A stretch of 64,000 nt of DNA from a virus (lineage: Duplodnaviria; Caudoviricetes): IMG/VR virus record IMGVR_UViG_3300048496_000021, positions 31,911 to 95,910 of that record; one strand, given 5' to 3'. Of the stretch, positions 38,482 through 49,305 are shown piece by piece (the stretch's first letter is position 1; every line of letters starts with the position of its first letter). Under the pieces are notes generated by a model, which was given only the letters and a program-made list of their open reading frames with translations, was not told the origin of the DNA and ran no database searches. The position numbers and the translations under genes are program-made.

Positions 38482-38841
38482 ATGCGAGATGACAACCCGA
38501 AAGTCCAAGGAAATAAACTCGACCAAGACAAGGTACACATGGAACTACTTCCACCTGAATCACTCATAGGAACTGCACAAGTGCTGACCTTTGGTGCGAA
38601 AAAATATAAAGACCGTAATTGGGAGAAGGGAATTAATTACTCCCGAGTTTATGGCGCCCTCCAAAGACATCTCAATGCATGGTTCTCAGGAGAGGAGATC
38701 GACCCTGAGTCGGGCCTGAGTCATCTGCACCATGCCGGATGCTGTATGATGTTTTTGCAAACATATCACGAACGAAAGATGACCGAGTTTGACGACCGGC
38801 CAGGGATAAACAGGACTCATAAGTCAAAGGAGAAAGTATGA
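38482..38841 (+). CDS. dATP/dGTP diphosphohydrolase (DUF5664 family)
   Basis: K.D..K....LLP..V.TFGAKKY..RNWEKG..RH..DPESGLSHLHHA. Confidence 0.88.
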   Translation: MRDDNPKVQGNKLDQDKVHMELLPPESLIGTAQVLTFGAKKYKDRNWEKGINYSRVYGALQRHLNAWFSGEEIDPESGLSHLHHAGCCMMFLQTYHERKMTEFDDRPGINRTHKSKEKV

Positions 38842-39301
38842 ATGTAGTTTTACAATGTGCAGAGGTGACACCCAAGGAGGGTGGCTCACATGTTGCCGTA
38901 TTTCGCGCAAACGAGGGCGCTACGCACGGAGTGCAATGCATCACGCTACAAGTTGGTGATGAGCATGACTATAAAGTCGGCACCCCATATCATGTACAAG
39001 TTGGGGAATGGCCCACGGGAGCAGCCGGAAAGGGGCAAGACACTTCCATATCGATCGTGCTCGACACACAAGATCAGGGAGGCCAAAAATTTATTGATAT
39101 ACACGATTCGGATGGCAAGTCAATAAAAATTGGGAACAGAGCCGATGTGCCAGGTGGTTATTCTGAGATAAAAATTTCAGAATCAGACATTCGCAACCAT
39201 TATAGCGAGTGGACAAAGGGATATCAAGGCCAAGTAAAAGAATAGGTCATGTGAAGTCGCGGACCCTATACCGCGAGTCCGCGCAATAAAAGGAGAACAC
39301 A

Positions 39302-39862
39302 ATGAAGATACTATGGATTGACACAGAGACAACAGGATTTAGCTCAACAAAGAATGCCTTGATCGAGATATCACTCATATTCGAAGAGGATGGAGTGATC
39401 ACCCGGAGATATTATTCTCAGATCAAACCTTTCCCAGATGACGAGATTAAACAGGACGCAATGGATCTAAATCAGATCGATATTGAAAAGATCACAAAGG
39501 AGCCAATGACGGCCGCACAGGAGGTTATGCTGGTTCTGCTCTCATGTACTGTTGATAAAACTAAGCTTACCATGGGCGGACAAAATACTCCGTTTGATCG
39601 TAGATTTCTATTGCAATTTTTATTGAAATGTGGTTATTCAGAGAGTGGCTTCAATGAGATATTTTCTGATGAAATAATCGACACGCGCCGCAAAGCAGAG
39701 ACTTTCTTTAAGGGGCGAGACGATGCCCCGGAAAACATGAAGCTCGAAACTCTGGCAAAGCATTTTGGAATCCCACTAGAGAAGGCTCACAACGCAGAGC
39801 ACGATTGCCTTGCTACCATCGGAGTTCACGGGGCTCTTCTGGAAGCGCACCGAGAATCGTGA
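39302..39862 (+). CDS. DEDDh 3'-5' exonuclease (DnaQ-like)
   Basis: IDTETTG, N.PFD, IIDT, AHNAEHD. Confidence 0.9.
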   Translation: MKILWIDTETTGFSSTKNALIEISLIFEEDGVITRRYYSQIKPFPDDEIKQDAMDLNQIDIEKITKEPMTAAQEVMLVLLSCTVDKTKLTMGGQNTPFDRRFLLQFLLKCGYSESGFNEIFSDEIIDTRRKAETFFKGRDDAPENMKLETLAKHFGIPLEKAHNAEHDCLATIGVHGALLEAHRES

Positions 39863-40509
39863 ATGAAGTATCTCTGTTTACTGGTGCTGGCGGACAGATT
39901 CTTGCCTCAAGAGTTCGTGGATGGAGAACGATAGCCTATGTCGAACAAGATAAACACTGCTGCGAAGTCATTGAACAAAGAATCAAAGACGGGATTCTCG
40001 ACGATTCACCAATTTTCCAGGGTGATCTTCGAAGATGGATCGAGCTCGGTTACGCCGCAAGACTTCGGGGACTGGCTGATGTCCTTACCGCCGGCTTCCC
40101 ATGTCAACCCTACTCCGTTGCCGGTAAAAGGCTTGGAGAAGATGACCCTCGAAACCACTGGCCCACGGTCCTTGCCGCCATTCGCATCATTAGACCGAAA
40201 GAGGTCTATTTGGAAAACGTGCCAGGATTACTATCCGCAGGGCAAAGACTCACTGTTGTCGCTCTCGAAAAAATTCGGGAACTTAATCTTTTTGGCGCGA
40301 AAAATAACGAGTCGTTCACAGGGAGATTCATACGTCATGTCATCGAATCCATCACAGACCCATACTTTGGATCAATACTTAGAGACCTTTCCGAAAGCGG
40401 GTATAATGCAAAATGGAAAGTTGTATCGGCAGGAGAAATGGGAGGGGCGCATAAGCGAGATCGGCTCTGGATTGTGGCCTACGCCAAGGGCGGGGAAGGT
40501 AACGAATGA
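39859..40509 (+). CDS. C5-cytosine methyltransferase, catalytic polypeptide (motifs I-VIII)
   Basis: SLFTGAGG, AGFPCQPYS.AG, LENV, HKRDRLWIVA. Confidence 0.9.
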   Translation: MNEVSLFTGAGGQILASRVRGWRTIAYVEQDKHCCEVIEQRIKDGILDDSPIFQGDLRRWIELGYAARLRGLADVLTAGFPCQPYSVAGKRLGEDDPRNHWPTVLAAIRIIRPKEVYLENVPGLLSAGQRLTVVALEKIRELNLFGAKNNESFTGRFIRHVIESITDPYFGSILRDLSESGYNAKWKVVSAGEMGGAHKRDRLWIVAYAKGGEGNE

Positions 40510-41614
40510 AGAAGAGGAGACATGGTTGCTTCGGTATCATGATGGAAAAGTGAGTACACCACCACTAGCGTTAGCTGCAAAAATGTATCCAACACCGACG
40601 GTGGCAGCATCCAAGCAGGGTCAAAATGAGAGCGATGGGCGGCGCGGACAAACACTGGTGGGCGCAGCGCGAGGTCAAATGTGGCCTACCCCGAAAGCAA
40701 ATTCAAACACTGGACCATCAAATAATCCAAATCGACAAGGATCTCCAGATCTTCAGAGCGCCGTTAAGTGGCCAACACCAAAGGCAAATGACTCCAAAAA
40801 GGGCCCCAATTGTGACTCGAATAACAAAAGAAACGGGTTGCCGGCAGCCGTAAAAAAGTGGCCTACTCCGAACGTCAGAGGATTTACCAATGCAGGGTCA
40901 TTGAAGCTTTTGTCTGAATCGTGCGAGAGCTGGAATGAGTTTTCAAGAATGGCATATCGTGCAGGGGACAAGAAGAAAAAGGCCACATGGCCAACACCTA
41001 CAACAATGGATGCGAACGGATTTTGCGGGAAGCCGGACAAGGGAAGAACCGGCCCGAATTCGGGACGCACTCTAACCGGGAAAGTCCTAGAGGAGAACGG
41101 GCAAGGTCCACACGCAAAAAGCTTCCCAACTCCAACGAATTCAATGATGACCTGGGCGGATATAAATCAGGCGAAATATGCCGGCAATGGCGGGAAACGT
41201 CCGAAGTATAGCGATGTGAAGCTACCGACCCCAACAGCACAAGACGGGAAAAATTTTACCTTGCCACCATTCCAGAAGGAGAGGGATTCGATTCCTGGGT
41301 ATTTGTTGAGAAATTTTACCGCCTCATCTCCAAGCGCCAAACAAGGAGGGCAGCTTAATCCCGACTGGGTAGAGCTCCTTATGGGGTGGCCAAAGGGGTG
41401 GACCTCTCTAGAGCCAATGAGTAAAGAGCATTTTCAACAATGGCTTGACGATATGCATTCGGGGGCAATTATTCAAAAATTTCAAGATGGATCATGGGAA
41501 CATGAGACACCAAGAACGGGAACAAACATCAAAAACATAGGAGCCAGGCTTCGATCGATCGGTAACGGACAATATCCGTACAGTGAGATGGCCGGATGGG
41601 AGATATTAAGTTGA
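39938..41614 (+). CDS. C5-methyltransferase second polypeptide: 8 x (W)PTP repeats + motifs IX/X
   Basis: overlaps the catalytic ORF in another frame; LNPDWVELLMGWP.GWT and RLRSIGNG. Confidence 0.8.
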   Translation: MSNKINTAAKSLNKESKTGFSTIHQFSRVIFEDGSSSVTPQDFGDWLMSLPPASHVNPTPLPVKGLEKMTLETTGPRSLPPFASLDRKRSIWKTCQDYYPQGKDSLLSLSKKFGNLIFLARKITSRSQGDSYVMSSNPSQTHTLDQYLETFPKAGIMQNGKLYRQEKWEGRISEIGSGLWPTPRAGKVTNEEEETWLLRYHDGKVSTPPLALAAKMYPTPTVAASKQGQNESDGRRGQTLVGAARGQMWPTPKANSNTGPSNNPNRQGSPDLQSAVKWPTPKANDSKKGPNCDSNNKRNGLPAAVKKWPTPNVRGFTNAGSLKLLSESCESWNEFSRMAYRAGDKKKKATWPTPTTMDANGFCGKPDKGRTGPNSGRTLTGKVLEENGQGPHAKSFPTPTNSMMTWADINQAKYAGNGGKRPKYSDVKLPTPTAQDGKNFTLPPFQKERDSIPGYLLRNFTASSPSAKQGGQLNPDWVELLMGWPKGWTSLEPMSKEHFQQWLDDMHSGAIIQKFQDGSWEHETPRTGTNIKNIGARLRSIGNGQYPYSEMAGWEILS

Positions 41615-41620
41615 TACATT

Positions 41621-42004
41621 ATGGACAATAAAACACCAGGGCAACTCAAGTCCCTGCAAACGCAATTAAAGAAGTTGCGCAACAAAAGGGGTGAAGTGCT
41701 AACTTTACATAACGAATCGATGACGAGGATCAATGAGCAAATCATCAAGATAGAGGGACAAATACAAAATCTATCTAACGGTCAATTGATCGTATCAGAG
41801 CACGCTTTTGTGCGGTACATGGAGCGCAAATATAAAGTATCAACGGAAGATATTTACAAAGAGATCGTGTCCCCCATTGTGCAGCACGTTAAAACATTGG
41901 GAGATGGAGCATACCCCAATGGGGAAGGGTTAATTTGCATTGTGAAAAATAACGTTGTTGTTACAGTGAAGCCATCAAAAGGAAACATAGATGAAAACCA
42001 ATGA
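41621..42004 (+). CDS. coiled coil + small nuclease-like domain
   Basis: IVSEHAFVRYMER..IVKNNVVVTV. Confidence 0.5.
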   Translation: MDNKTPGQLKSLQTQLKKLRNKRGEVLTLHNESMTRINEQIIKIEGQIQNLSNGQLIVSEHAFVRYMERKYKVSTEDIYKEIVSPIVQHVKTLGDGAYPNGEGLICIVKNNVVVTVKPSKGNIDENQ

Positions 42005-42490
42005 TAAGAAGCAGCCCAAGAAGCCGGGGCCCAAGAGGAGAGTAGAAAATTCCGTACTTATGCCGATATGGATCAGTGAGGATGCCGAGAGGTACTTTAG
42101 GGAAAAATTCAGAGAGGCGCAGAATGGCACCAAGAGAAGATTGACGATCGGGCAGTACTTTGAGGAAGAGTACATTGAGCTCCATAAGAAGTACAGTGAT
42201 TTACACAAGAGATCTCGGGAGGGACAGAATAATGAAAGTAAAGGCGAGTAAAGAGGAGCGCGCGGCGTTTCGAAGGTTGATTACATTGTACCTTGCTGGC
42301 AAGCAGACTACTCTCTCCTTAGATGGGCGCATGAAGTCAAAGTTCAATACAGATACGCGGATGATTGACGATGAAGAGATATTCACAATTGTGGCATTTC
42401 AGAAAAATGGACCTGTTAAGGTTGTCAGTGAACATGGAAAGCATCACTCTGTGCCAGCACACATGGTGGACTATCTTGGAGATTTACTTA

Positions 42491-43147
42491 GTGTCAGATA
42501 ACTCAAAAATTGAATGGTGCGACATGACATGGAATCCGGTATGGGGGTGTGGGTTCAAATGCCCGTATTGTTATGCCAGGTCAATTTCAAGAAGATTTGG
42601 GGAGAAGATGGGTGCTCCAGACTTTAGTGAGCCAACATGGATTCAAAGGAACTTTGAGAAAAAATTTCCAAGAAAACCATCGAGAATATTTGTTAATTCC
42701 ATGAGTGATATTTCACACTGGAAAGACGAAATGCTCAGAAAGGTGAATGCCAGAATTCATGAGTCTCCTGAGCACACGTTTATATTCTTGAGTAAAGACC
42801 CAAGTGTATACTTTAGGCCATTTCCATGTAATGCAATTCGGGGCGTAACTGCAACAACACAAAATGAAATACAGGTATTCATTTCTTTAATTATGCGATA
42901 TGCCCCATATACAGGCAGAATGTTGCTTAACATTGAGCCAATGTGTCAACCTATTGTGCTCACTAATGAAATCAATAAAACATTTGACTGGATTATAGTT
43001 GGTGCCGAAACAGGGTACAGAAAAAACAGGCCAAAGCCAGAGTCACATTGGCTCACCGGAAAAATAACAACACCTCTTTTTCTGAAGGATAATATGCGCC
43101 CACATTTTGGAGATAAAATAGTCGATAAATTTCAGCAATTTCTGTAA
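42491..43147 (+). CDS. DUF5131 (phage gp37/gp68) radical-SAM-like protein
   Basis: SKIEWCD.TWNP..GC..KCPYCYA, FVNSMSD, WIIVGAETG. Confidence 0.88.
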   Translation: MSDNSKIEWCDMTWNPVWGCGFKCPYCYARSISRRFGEKMGAPDFSEPTWIQRNFEKKFPRKPSRIFVNSMSDISHWKDEMLRKVNARIHESPEHTFIFLSKDPSVYFRPFPCNAIRGVTATTQNEIQVFISLIMRYAPYTGRMLLNIEPMCQPIVLTNEINKTFDWIIVGAETGYRKNRPKPESHWLTGKITTPLFLKDNMRPHFGDKIVDKFQQFL

Positions 43148-43186
43148 AATTTTACCTAAAAAAGTTCCGTAATGCAACTATGAGGT

Positions 43187-43540
43187 ATGAAAAAGAAATT
43201 AATGATCATAGATGAATGTGCATCTATGCAGACACACTACCAAGCAGTATATGGAACGAAGTATGATATTGAATATCATATTAGCCCAGTAGACGCCATG
43301 AGGGCTCTATATGCCAGCCGTAACGCATACGATTTAATCATAACAGAGTATAGTGTATCCAACATCAGTGCGGAGCAAATATTAAAATTGGTTCGTGCAA
43401 ATAATATTGTAATCCCCATTGTATTGGCAACCAGAATTCCGGGCGTTGACAAGTCTCCTTTCGGGGGATTTATTGACAAATCCAAAGGGCTTGACTCATG
43501 CGTCATCGACTTATTACTTGAAGACCCCGGAACTTCATAA
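43187..43540 (+). CDS. stand-alone response-regulator receiver-like protein
   Basis: LMIIDE, YDLIITE, IPIVLAT, FIDK. Confidence 0.75.
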   Translation: MKKKLMIIDECASMQTHYQAVYGTKYDIEYHISPVDAMRALYASRNAYDLIITEYSVSNISAEQILKLVRANNIVIPIVLATRIPGVDKSPFGGFIDKSKGLDSCVIDLLLEDPGTS

Positions 43541-43611
43541 AAAGTTATTGACGCATAGATTGCACTATTTATAATACAATACCTGTTCACGACAGGGCGA
43601 AGGAGAACACA

Positions 43612-43839
43612 ATGAAGAAGAACACAATGAAGAAAGTGGTGTATGAGATCCGCATGAAGATGAAGGATCTTAAAAAATCACACGAAGAGATCATCGACAC
43701 AATCAGACAGCACGGCTCAATAAAGGCCGCATGGGGGCAAGATGGAGTTGCCAGCATCCGCGTATTGTGGCATGATGAAGTGGCAGCCGTTTCCGCCGAA
43801 AGAGCACTCCATGGAAAGTTCGGCGTAGATATTTGGTAA
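43612..43839 (+). CDS. hypothetical protein with its own sigma70 promoter
   Basis: TTGACG..TATAAT at 43548-43575; AAGGAGAACAC RBS. Confidence 0.7.
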   Translation: MKKNTMKKVVYEIRMKMKDLKKSHEEIIDTIRQHGSIKAAWGQDGVASIRVLWHDEVAAVSAERALHGKFGVDIW

Positions 43840-44690
43840 TTAACACAGGATGGCGCGACCCCGGACTTCTGGCATCCCCAGCTAGACGGGGTCGCGCCAT
43901 GGCTAAAAAACGCATAATAAATTGCAAGTTTAGTGAATAGCGGTTCTTGCCCCCATCGCGGGAATATCATCTCAACCCTTTGGGCGCCAGAGTTACAGAA
44001 TAAGACAGGAGAAACAATGAACACAAAAACCTATCCGATCAGAATTGAGCATTCCTTTAGTGCGACAAATGGTGTTGTTGGCATCATTCAGAAACAGTTG
44101 ATAGTATACAATATTCCACTGAACAGGGCTCCGCTAAAGTTGTCAGCTATGTTGGGCGCTGTCACCAATATTCAAGTCAGTGATAGCGAAGTCACAGGGA
44201 ATCTCATAACAAACAGTCAAGAGTTTATTGAGCTGTATTCTCGGCACAAGGATAAGATTCGGTTTATTATCCTCGGAGCTGTCATCCAGTATGGCGTCAT
44301 AGATGCGACATATATTCGGGCAGATATTAACGTAAGCGAAATCATAAATGAGGACGAGGGATGTTGCGCCGTGTGAGGCTGTGTCCACGGGGTCTTCCTA
44401 AAAAAGGCAAATAGAATGAAAGGGAAAAATTTTTTAAAACTAAGCCCTAAAAGGAAAGAGCGAATTTACGAATACGGAAGGAGGATGGGGTGGACGTATA
44501 CAAAGTTCACAAAGCATTACAGGCAACCCTCTTGGTGCAATTATCCAGATGCGATGTATGGGGCGATGGGATGCTGGTCTCTCATCGGGATGAATGGGTG
44601 TGACGCCCGGTATTTGTATAAAGAAAAATGCGCATCATGCGAATGTAGTCAGCACTGGAATGGTATTCCAGAAGCGCAAGGGAAAGTAAA

Positions 44691-44912
44691 ATGAAGAAAA
44701 AATCAACATATCTCACAGACGACCAGGGTAACCCATCATCGACACGCCTCAATATCGCAGTATCACTCGGGGTTGTGATTATGATGTCAGTGGCTACGGT
44801 TGCGGCCGTATTCATGGACAAAGACCCGATTCCGATTGTTGGAGTTATCACCTCGCTCCTATTGTACGCCGGTGGCACAAAGGTTGGGCAGAAAAAATAT
44901 GAGGCAAAGTGA
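44691..44912 (+). CDS. holin-like 2-TM protein
   Basis: LTDD.GNPSSTRL + two TM segments + basic tail. Confidence 0.55.
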   Translation: MKKKSTYLTDDQGNPSSTRLNIAVSLGVVIMMSVATVAAVFMDKDPIPIVGVITSLLLYAGGTKVGQKKYEAK

Positions 44913-45332
44913 ATTTTAAGGATACATTATGGTTGTAACAGAATTTGAGCTTTTGGCAATGGATAAAGAGACAGGAGAGCGAGTCGTATTTCAATTTTCA
45001 GATATGTACGTTAGTGCCTTTGGTGAAATCAAAATAGAAGACATGGAAAAATCTTTAACTGTTAAGGGTGGAGCAATGCACCCGGACATACAAATAGAGC
45101 TTCATTCACTTGGTCGCGGTCGCCCGGTGGTTGCAATCAAGGATATGTCGTCGGGAAATGATTCTGTAGGCGATATGTGGCAAGAGACAAAAGTCCTTCA
45201 ATCCAACCAGCCAATTGAAGACATTATGCAATGGGCATTTTCTGGAAAAGCCTATTCCGATAAACGCCTAACGATCACATTGCCTGATCCTCGCTAACGA
45301 CAAGAGGTTACTTGTAAAACTGGAGATAAGAA

Positions 45333-46328
45333 ATGGAAAAATACACACTACCTACCGGGCATTTAATCGTTGACGATTACAGCAAGGGGAAACTCGAAAC
45401 TTTATCAATTGGCGATTATGGCAAAAGTAAAAATGTAAAAGCCGACTTTCTCGGGTATAGGAACGAAATCAACGGAGTGCCAAGCGGTGACATTATGCCA
45501 TTGTCGGAAAAGTGGGTTATCACATTATCGACTCAATATGGGTGCCCAATGAAATGTAATTTTTGCGACGTACCGAAAATAGGTTTTAACGGTAACGCAA
45601 CACCTGCTGACATGAAAAAGCAGCTAATGGCCGGAATACGGGCAAACCCTGCGGTAAATTATACAGAGAGGCTGAATATTCATTTTGCCAGAATGGGTGA
45701 GCCATTATTCAACACAGAAGACGTCTATAATTTCACTGCCTATTTTCTAGGCCGAAAAGAAAAGTTTCAATCCGAAACAGGGCTCAGGGTGGAAGTAATA
45801 CACCCCGTCCTGACGTCCATGGTCCCACACTCCGCCTCCAGAATTGGTGAAAAGTTGCGAAGCTGGACGCATATGAAGAACGACAAGTTTAATGGGCAAG
45901 CTGGCCTACAGCTCTCTATAAATAGTACGAACGAAAAACAGCGCGATACAATGTTTGATGGAATGCAATTGTCTCTTGATAAACTCGGCGCTGTATGTGA
46001 GACATTGCCCATGCCACTTGGGCGTAAGTACTGCTTAAATTTTGCGTACTCTTTGGACTATGATATTGACGGAGAGATATTAAAAGAATTTTTTGACCCG
46101 GAAATGTTTATGTGCAAAATCACACCGATTCACAATAATTTATCATGCCGAGAAAGGGGCATTGGAACCATTGATGGATACAAATCATACAGCCCATACC
46201 GCGCCGCAGAGAGGTCTCTAAAAGATGCCGGATTTGATGTACTTGTCTTTGTGCCATCCATGGATGAGGAGAATGGGCTGATTACATGTGGAAATGCTAT
46301 ATTGAGCGGTTCAGAGATAAAGTGTTAA
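45333..46328 (+). CDS. RlmN/Cfr-like radical SAM enzyme
   Basis: STQYGCPMKCNFC, FARMGEP, LQLSINST, C-terminal TCG. Confidence 0.85.
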   Translation: MEKYTLPTGHLIVDDYSKGKLETLSIGDYGKSKNVKADFLGYRNEINGVPSGDIMPLSEKWVITLSTQYGCPMKCNFCDVPKIGFNGNATPADMKKQLMAGIRANPAVNYTERLNIHFARMGEPLFNTEDVYNFTAYFLGRKEKFQSETGLRVEVIHPVLTSMVPHSASRIGEKLRSWTHMKNDKFNGQAGLQLSINSTNEKQRDTMFDGMQLSLDKLGAVCETLPMPLGRKYCLNFAYSLDYDIDGEILKEFFDPEMFMCKITPIHNNLSCRERGIGTIDGYKSYSPYRAAERSLKDAGFDVLVFVPSMDEENGLITCGNAILSGSEIKC

Positions 46329-46664
46329 AGATTTCGAAGATGACTTTACGAAACTAAAGGAAAAGCAATGGAAGCAGGAAGGAATAACAAGCCATGTCTA
46401 GACTGCAAGTCGCCAACACCAATGCATCACGTTGACCCGTTCGACCTACCTCCAAGAGAGCGCCAAGAGCGCGGGGAATGTCCTTCCTGCGGATTACGCT
46501 TTGGGTTCGTAGTGGAGCTGGATATGTACGGCGATCACAATCGATATCCTGTACGAGAGGAAGAGAGTGAGGCGACACCTGTTCTATAAAAATGGTTGAC
46601 GCTGTGTATACGTGTGTATAAGCTTCTATCATGAGAGAAACTCATGGAAAACTGGAGCTTATAA

Positions 46665-46946
46665 ATGTCTGAAATAAAAAACAAAAAACCTATGTCAAAT
46701 CCACACCCGATTAGATTTGACGCACAACAGCGAGGGGAGATTGAATCTATTGCACATCGCGAACACCGCTCATACCCTGATATGATCCGGGAGCTATTGC
46801 GACGCGGTGCCGAAGCGACAAACACCTTCCGTCCAGATCAAATATCCAGCATCCGCAGTATCACCCAAGCAGATGGTCAAGACTTTAACACGGTCGTGCA
46901 GGAGTTAATCGACGCCGGCCTTGTCGACAGGGAGAGCAAGAAATGA
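46665..46946 (+). CDS. ribbon-helix-helix regulator
   Basis: PIRFD..IESIAHREHRSYPDMIRELL; TTGACG at 46596. Confidence 0.7.
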   Translation: MSEIKNKKPMSNPHPIRFDAQQRGEIESIAHREHRSYPDMIRELLRRGAEATNTFRPDQISSIRSITQADGQDFNTVVQELIDAGLVDRESKK

Positions 46947-47938
46947 AAAGGGAACACTTAGTGAATCGCAGCATACTCCTTATGTCGGTATGGATCATGG
47001 CAGCAATATTCCCATTTGTTTTGACTGTGTCGTATATTGCAGGGATTATCAAATGATCGACTTCAATTCACTTATAGAGCTAGAGTCGGCCAATGCTGTA
47101 TTACTAGAAAACTATTGCAGAGAAAATGGATTTGACCTAGTAGAGTCTTACCGGGACTTAGCTATCGCAATTTTTAATAGCAAGAATCGAGAGCGCCAAG
47201 ACACCCTTAATCAATTGCAATCTTGGATATCGCACCAGCGATCATACGTGACGGAGCCACAAATTAGAGAGGCACTGCTGGCCATGCAAGAGCGAGTCAA
47301 TGAAATGAAGAAGGCACCGGAGGCGAACCAGTGACAGAACTACAGGATGTGCTTGACTATTTCGATGGAGTTAATGAATTGAGTGCCGCTAAATCGATCG
47401 ATCTATTCACATGGCTCACTGATTACGACACACTATTTCCAGATCGCAACATTGCAGATGATATCAGACTGTGGATCAATCGCCAACGCCACAGTGAGAA
47501 AATAGAATACACTCAGGCTAAAGTGAAATTCTTTAATCGCTATTTACTTACCGCCCATGAGGTCTATTGGGAGCTTGAGGAAAGCGACCCCTTGGGAGAG
47601 GGGATCGACAGGAATTCTCAGCCGCTATATGAAGAATATAATCTTATCTTCCACGGGAATTCATGCGAGTTTCGCGATGATCTACGGGAGTGGGTGCAGA
47701 CAAAGGAGAAAAAATGAATTGGAAAGAAATACTTAGTGTAAGTGCACTAAAAATACTCGTGATGGTTATGATGTTATACTTGTGGAATATCCCATTGGCT
47801 GACAATTTTTCAGATGAGTCTCTTCAAAGGGTGAATTATTCCCTTTTCGGCTTCACCATGGGCGGGATAGTTGAATTATTCATATGGAAGAAGAAGAAAA
47901 ATATCAAGATATCATGAAGCCAGAGGAGGGGGGATTGA

Positions 47939-48688
47939 ATGATTAAAAAAACAGTTGAAATATCAAGCTTATCCGATCTTAAAAAAATGAAAGAAAGGAG
48001 CAATGAGAGCAGGGAAAGTAAGAAGCTTTTTGATGACAAAATAATTCTTGTTGACCCGAAAGCGCTCCACAAAAATCCACATCAGGATCGATGGTTTACA
48101 GACGAGTATGGTGATAAAAGAAAAAAAGAGCAGCTAGTTTCGTCCATTAAGAAGTACGGGGTAAAGACACCACTAAAAATCACAAAAAATAATATTATAA
48201 TCGGAGGCCATTCTCGATGTGCGATCGCGAGGCAGCTTGAAATGTCAAAAGTGCCCTGCCAAATTGCCAGATACGACCTGGAAGAAATTGAATTAAGGAT
48301 GCATCATATCGAGGATAATTATCTTCAGAGAGGTGATGAGGATAAGAAAAAGGAGGGTATGTATAAAGAATTACAAAATCTTGTCCGTAGCCAATATCCA
48401 AATTGGATGCAGATGGTTTCTGATGATAGTGTTGGCGCAGAAAAAGAATTAATAAAAATTGGAATGGATCAATCTACGGCAAGACGGATGACTAGTGCCG
48501 ACAAGAGGCTTGTCTCCCGATACCGGAATGACCTCAAAAAAGAGCCAATAAACGAACATGCGGAAATTGACTTATACATTTATAAGATTAAAGTCGCATA
48601 CAAAAAGATGGCGACCAAAGAGAGCAAAGAAGAGGCTTTAATAAAAATAAAATCCATACATGATGAGCTGATAAAAGTAACTTTATGA
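47939..48688 (+). CDS. ParB/Srx-like nuclease domain protein
   Basis: LVSSIKKYGVKTPL..IIGGHSRC.IAR.L. Confidence 0.85.
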   Translation: MIKKTVEISSLSDLKKMKERSNESRESKKLFDDKIILVDPKALHKNPHQDRWFTDEYGDKRKKEQLVSSIKKYGVKTPLKITKNNIIIGGHSRCAIARQLEMSKVPCQIARYDLEEIELRMHHIEDNYLQRGDEDKKKEGMYKELQNLVRSQYPNWMQMVSDDSVGAEKELIKIGMDQSTARRMTSADKRLVSRYRNDLKKEPINEHAEIDLYIYKIKVAYKKMATKESKEEALIKIKSIHDELIKVTL

Positions 48689-48706
48689 AACAATGGAGAC
48701 TTTAAA

Positions 48707-48859
48707 ATGAAAACAACCATTCCCATAGAGTACATTAAGAAGTGGAGAAATAACGATGAAATTATAGAGCACTGTCAACACATTATATCTCACTCAGAGC
48801 GATACGAAAAAGAGCGAGTATTTGAGGCAAAAACTGTAATACAGAAATTGAGCAAATGA
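48707..48859 (+). CDS. 50-aa protein between two junction motifs (not in ORF track)
   Basis: GGAG RBS; MKTTIPIEYIKKW..KLSK*. Confidence 0.6.
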   Translation: MKTTIPIEYIKKWRNNDEIIEHCQHIISHSERYEKERVFEAKTVIQKLSK

Positions 48860-48896
48860 TCCGTCAAAAGATTGCATATGAAACAAGGAGAAAGAA

Positions 48897-49289
48897 ATGT
48901 TAGAAATAAACTATAAAATGGAAGGGGTCAAATGTCTTACTTCGTGTCCATTCAAGAAAAACATTAAGGTCAACTCTGGTGCATGTCAGGGGTGCAGGCA
49001 TTTTCGTGGTGATTGGCGATTGAGTGGGTTTATCAAGTGCCTTGCAAACGAGAAACAAAGGAAAATTCCATCGATAGCCGCAGCAAAGAAAATTATCAGA
49101 GAGCAGAATGAGGAGATCGGTCGCCTGGTGCAAGAAAATTCACTCTTAGAGAGGGCATCTTATGCGAGAAAACAATGGACAAGAAGGGCAAAGGAAGATG
49201 CTGGATACCCTGATTCTGTAAGTTTCGATCATGTCTGGGTAGATGCTCTTGCAGCGTTAAACAAAGTACGCTCAAAAGACCGATTATGA
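48897..49289 (+). CDS. Cys-rich / coiled-coil hypothetical protein
   Basis: AAGGAG RBS. Confidence 0.65.
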   Translation: MLEINYKMEGVKCLTSCPFKKNIKVNSGACQGCRHFRGDWRLSGFIKCLANEKQRKIPSIAAAKKIIREQNEEIGRLVQENSLLERASYARKQWTRRAKEDAGYPDSVSFDHVWVDALAALNKVRSKDRL

Positions 49290-49305
49290 AACAAGAGGCA
49301 AGAAA

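Noticed and set aside
38482-38841. Z-genome (2-aminoadenine) pathway
   Set aside because: No purZ or DatZ recognisable in the window; this hydrolase family is common on its own.
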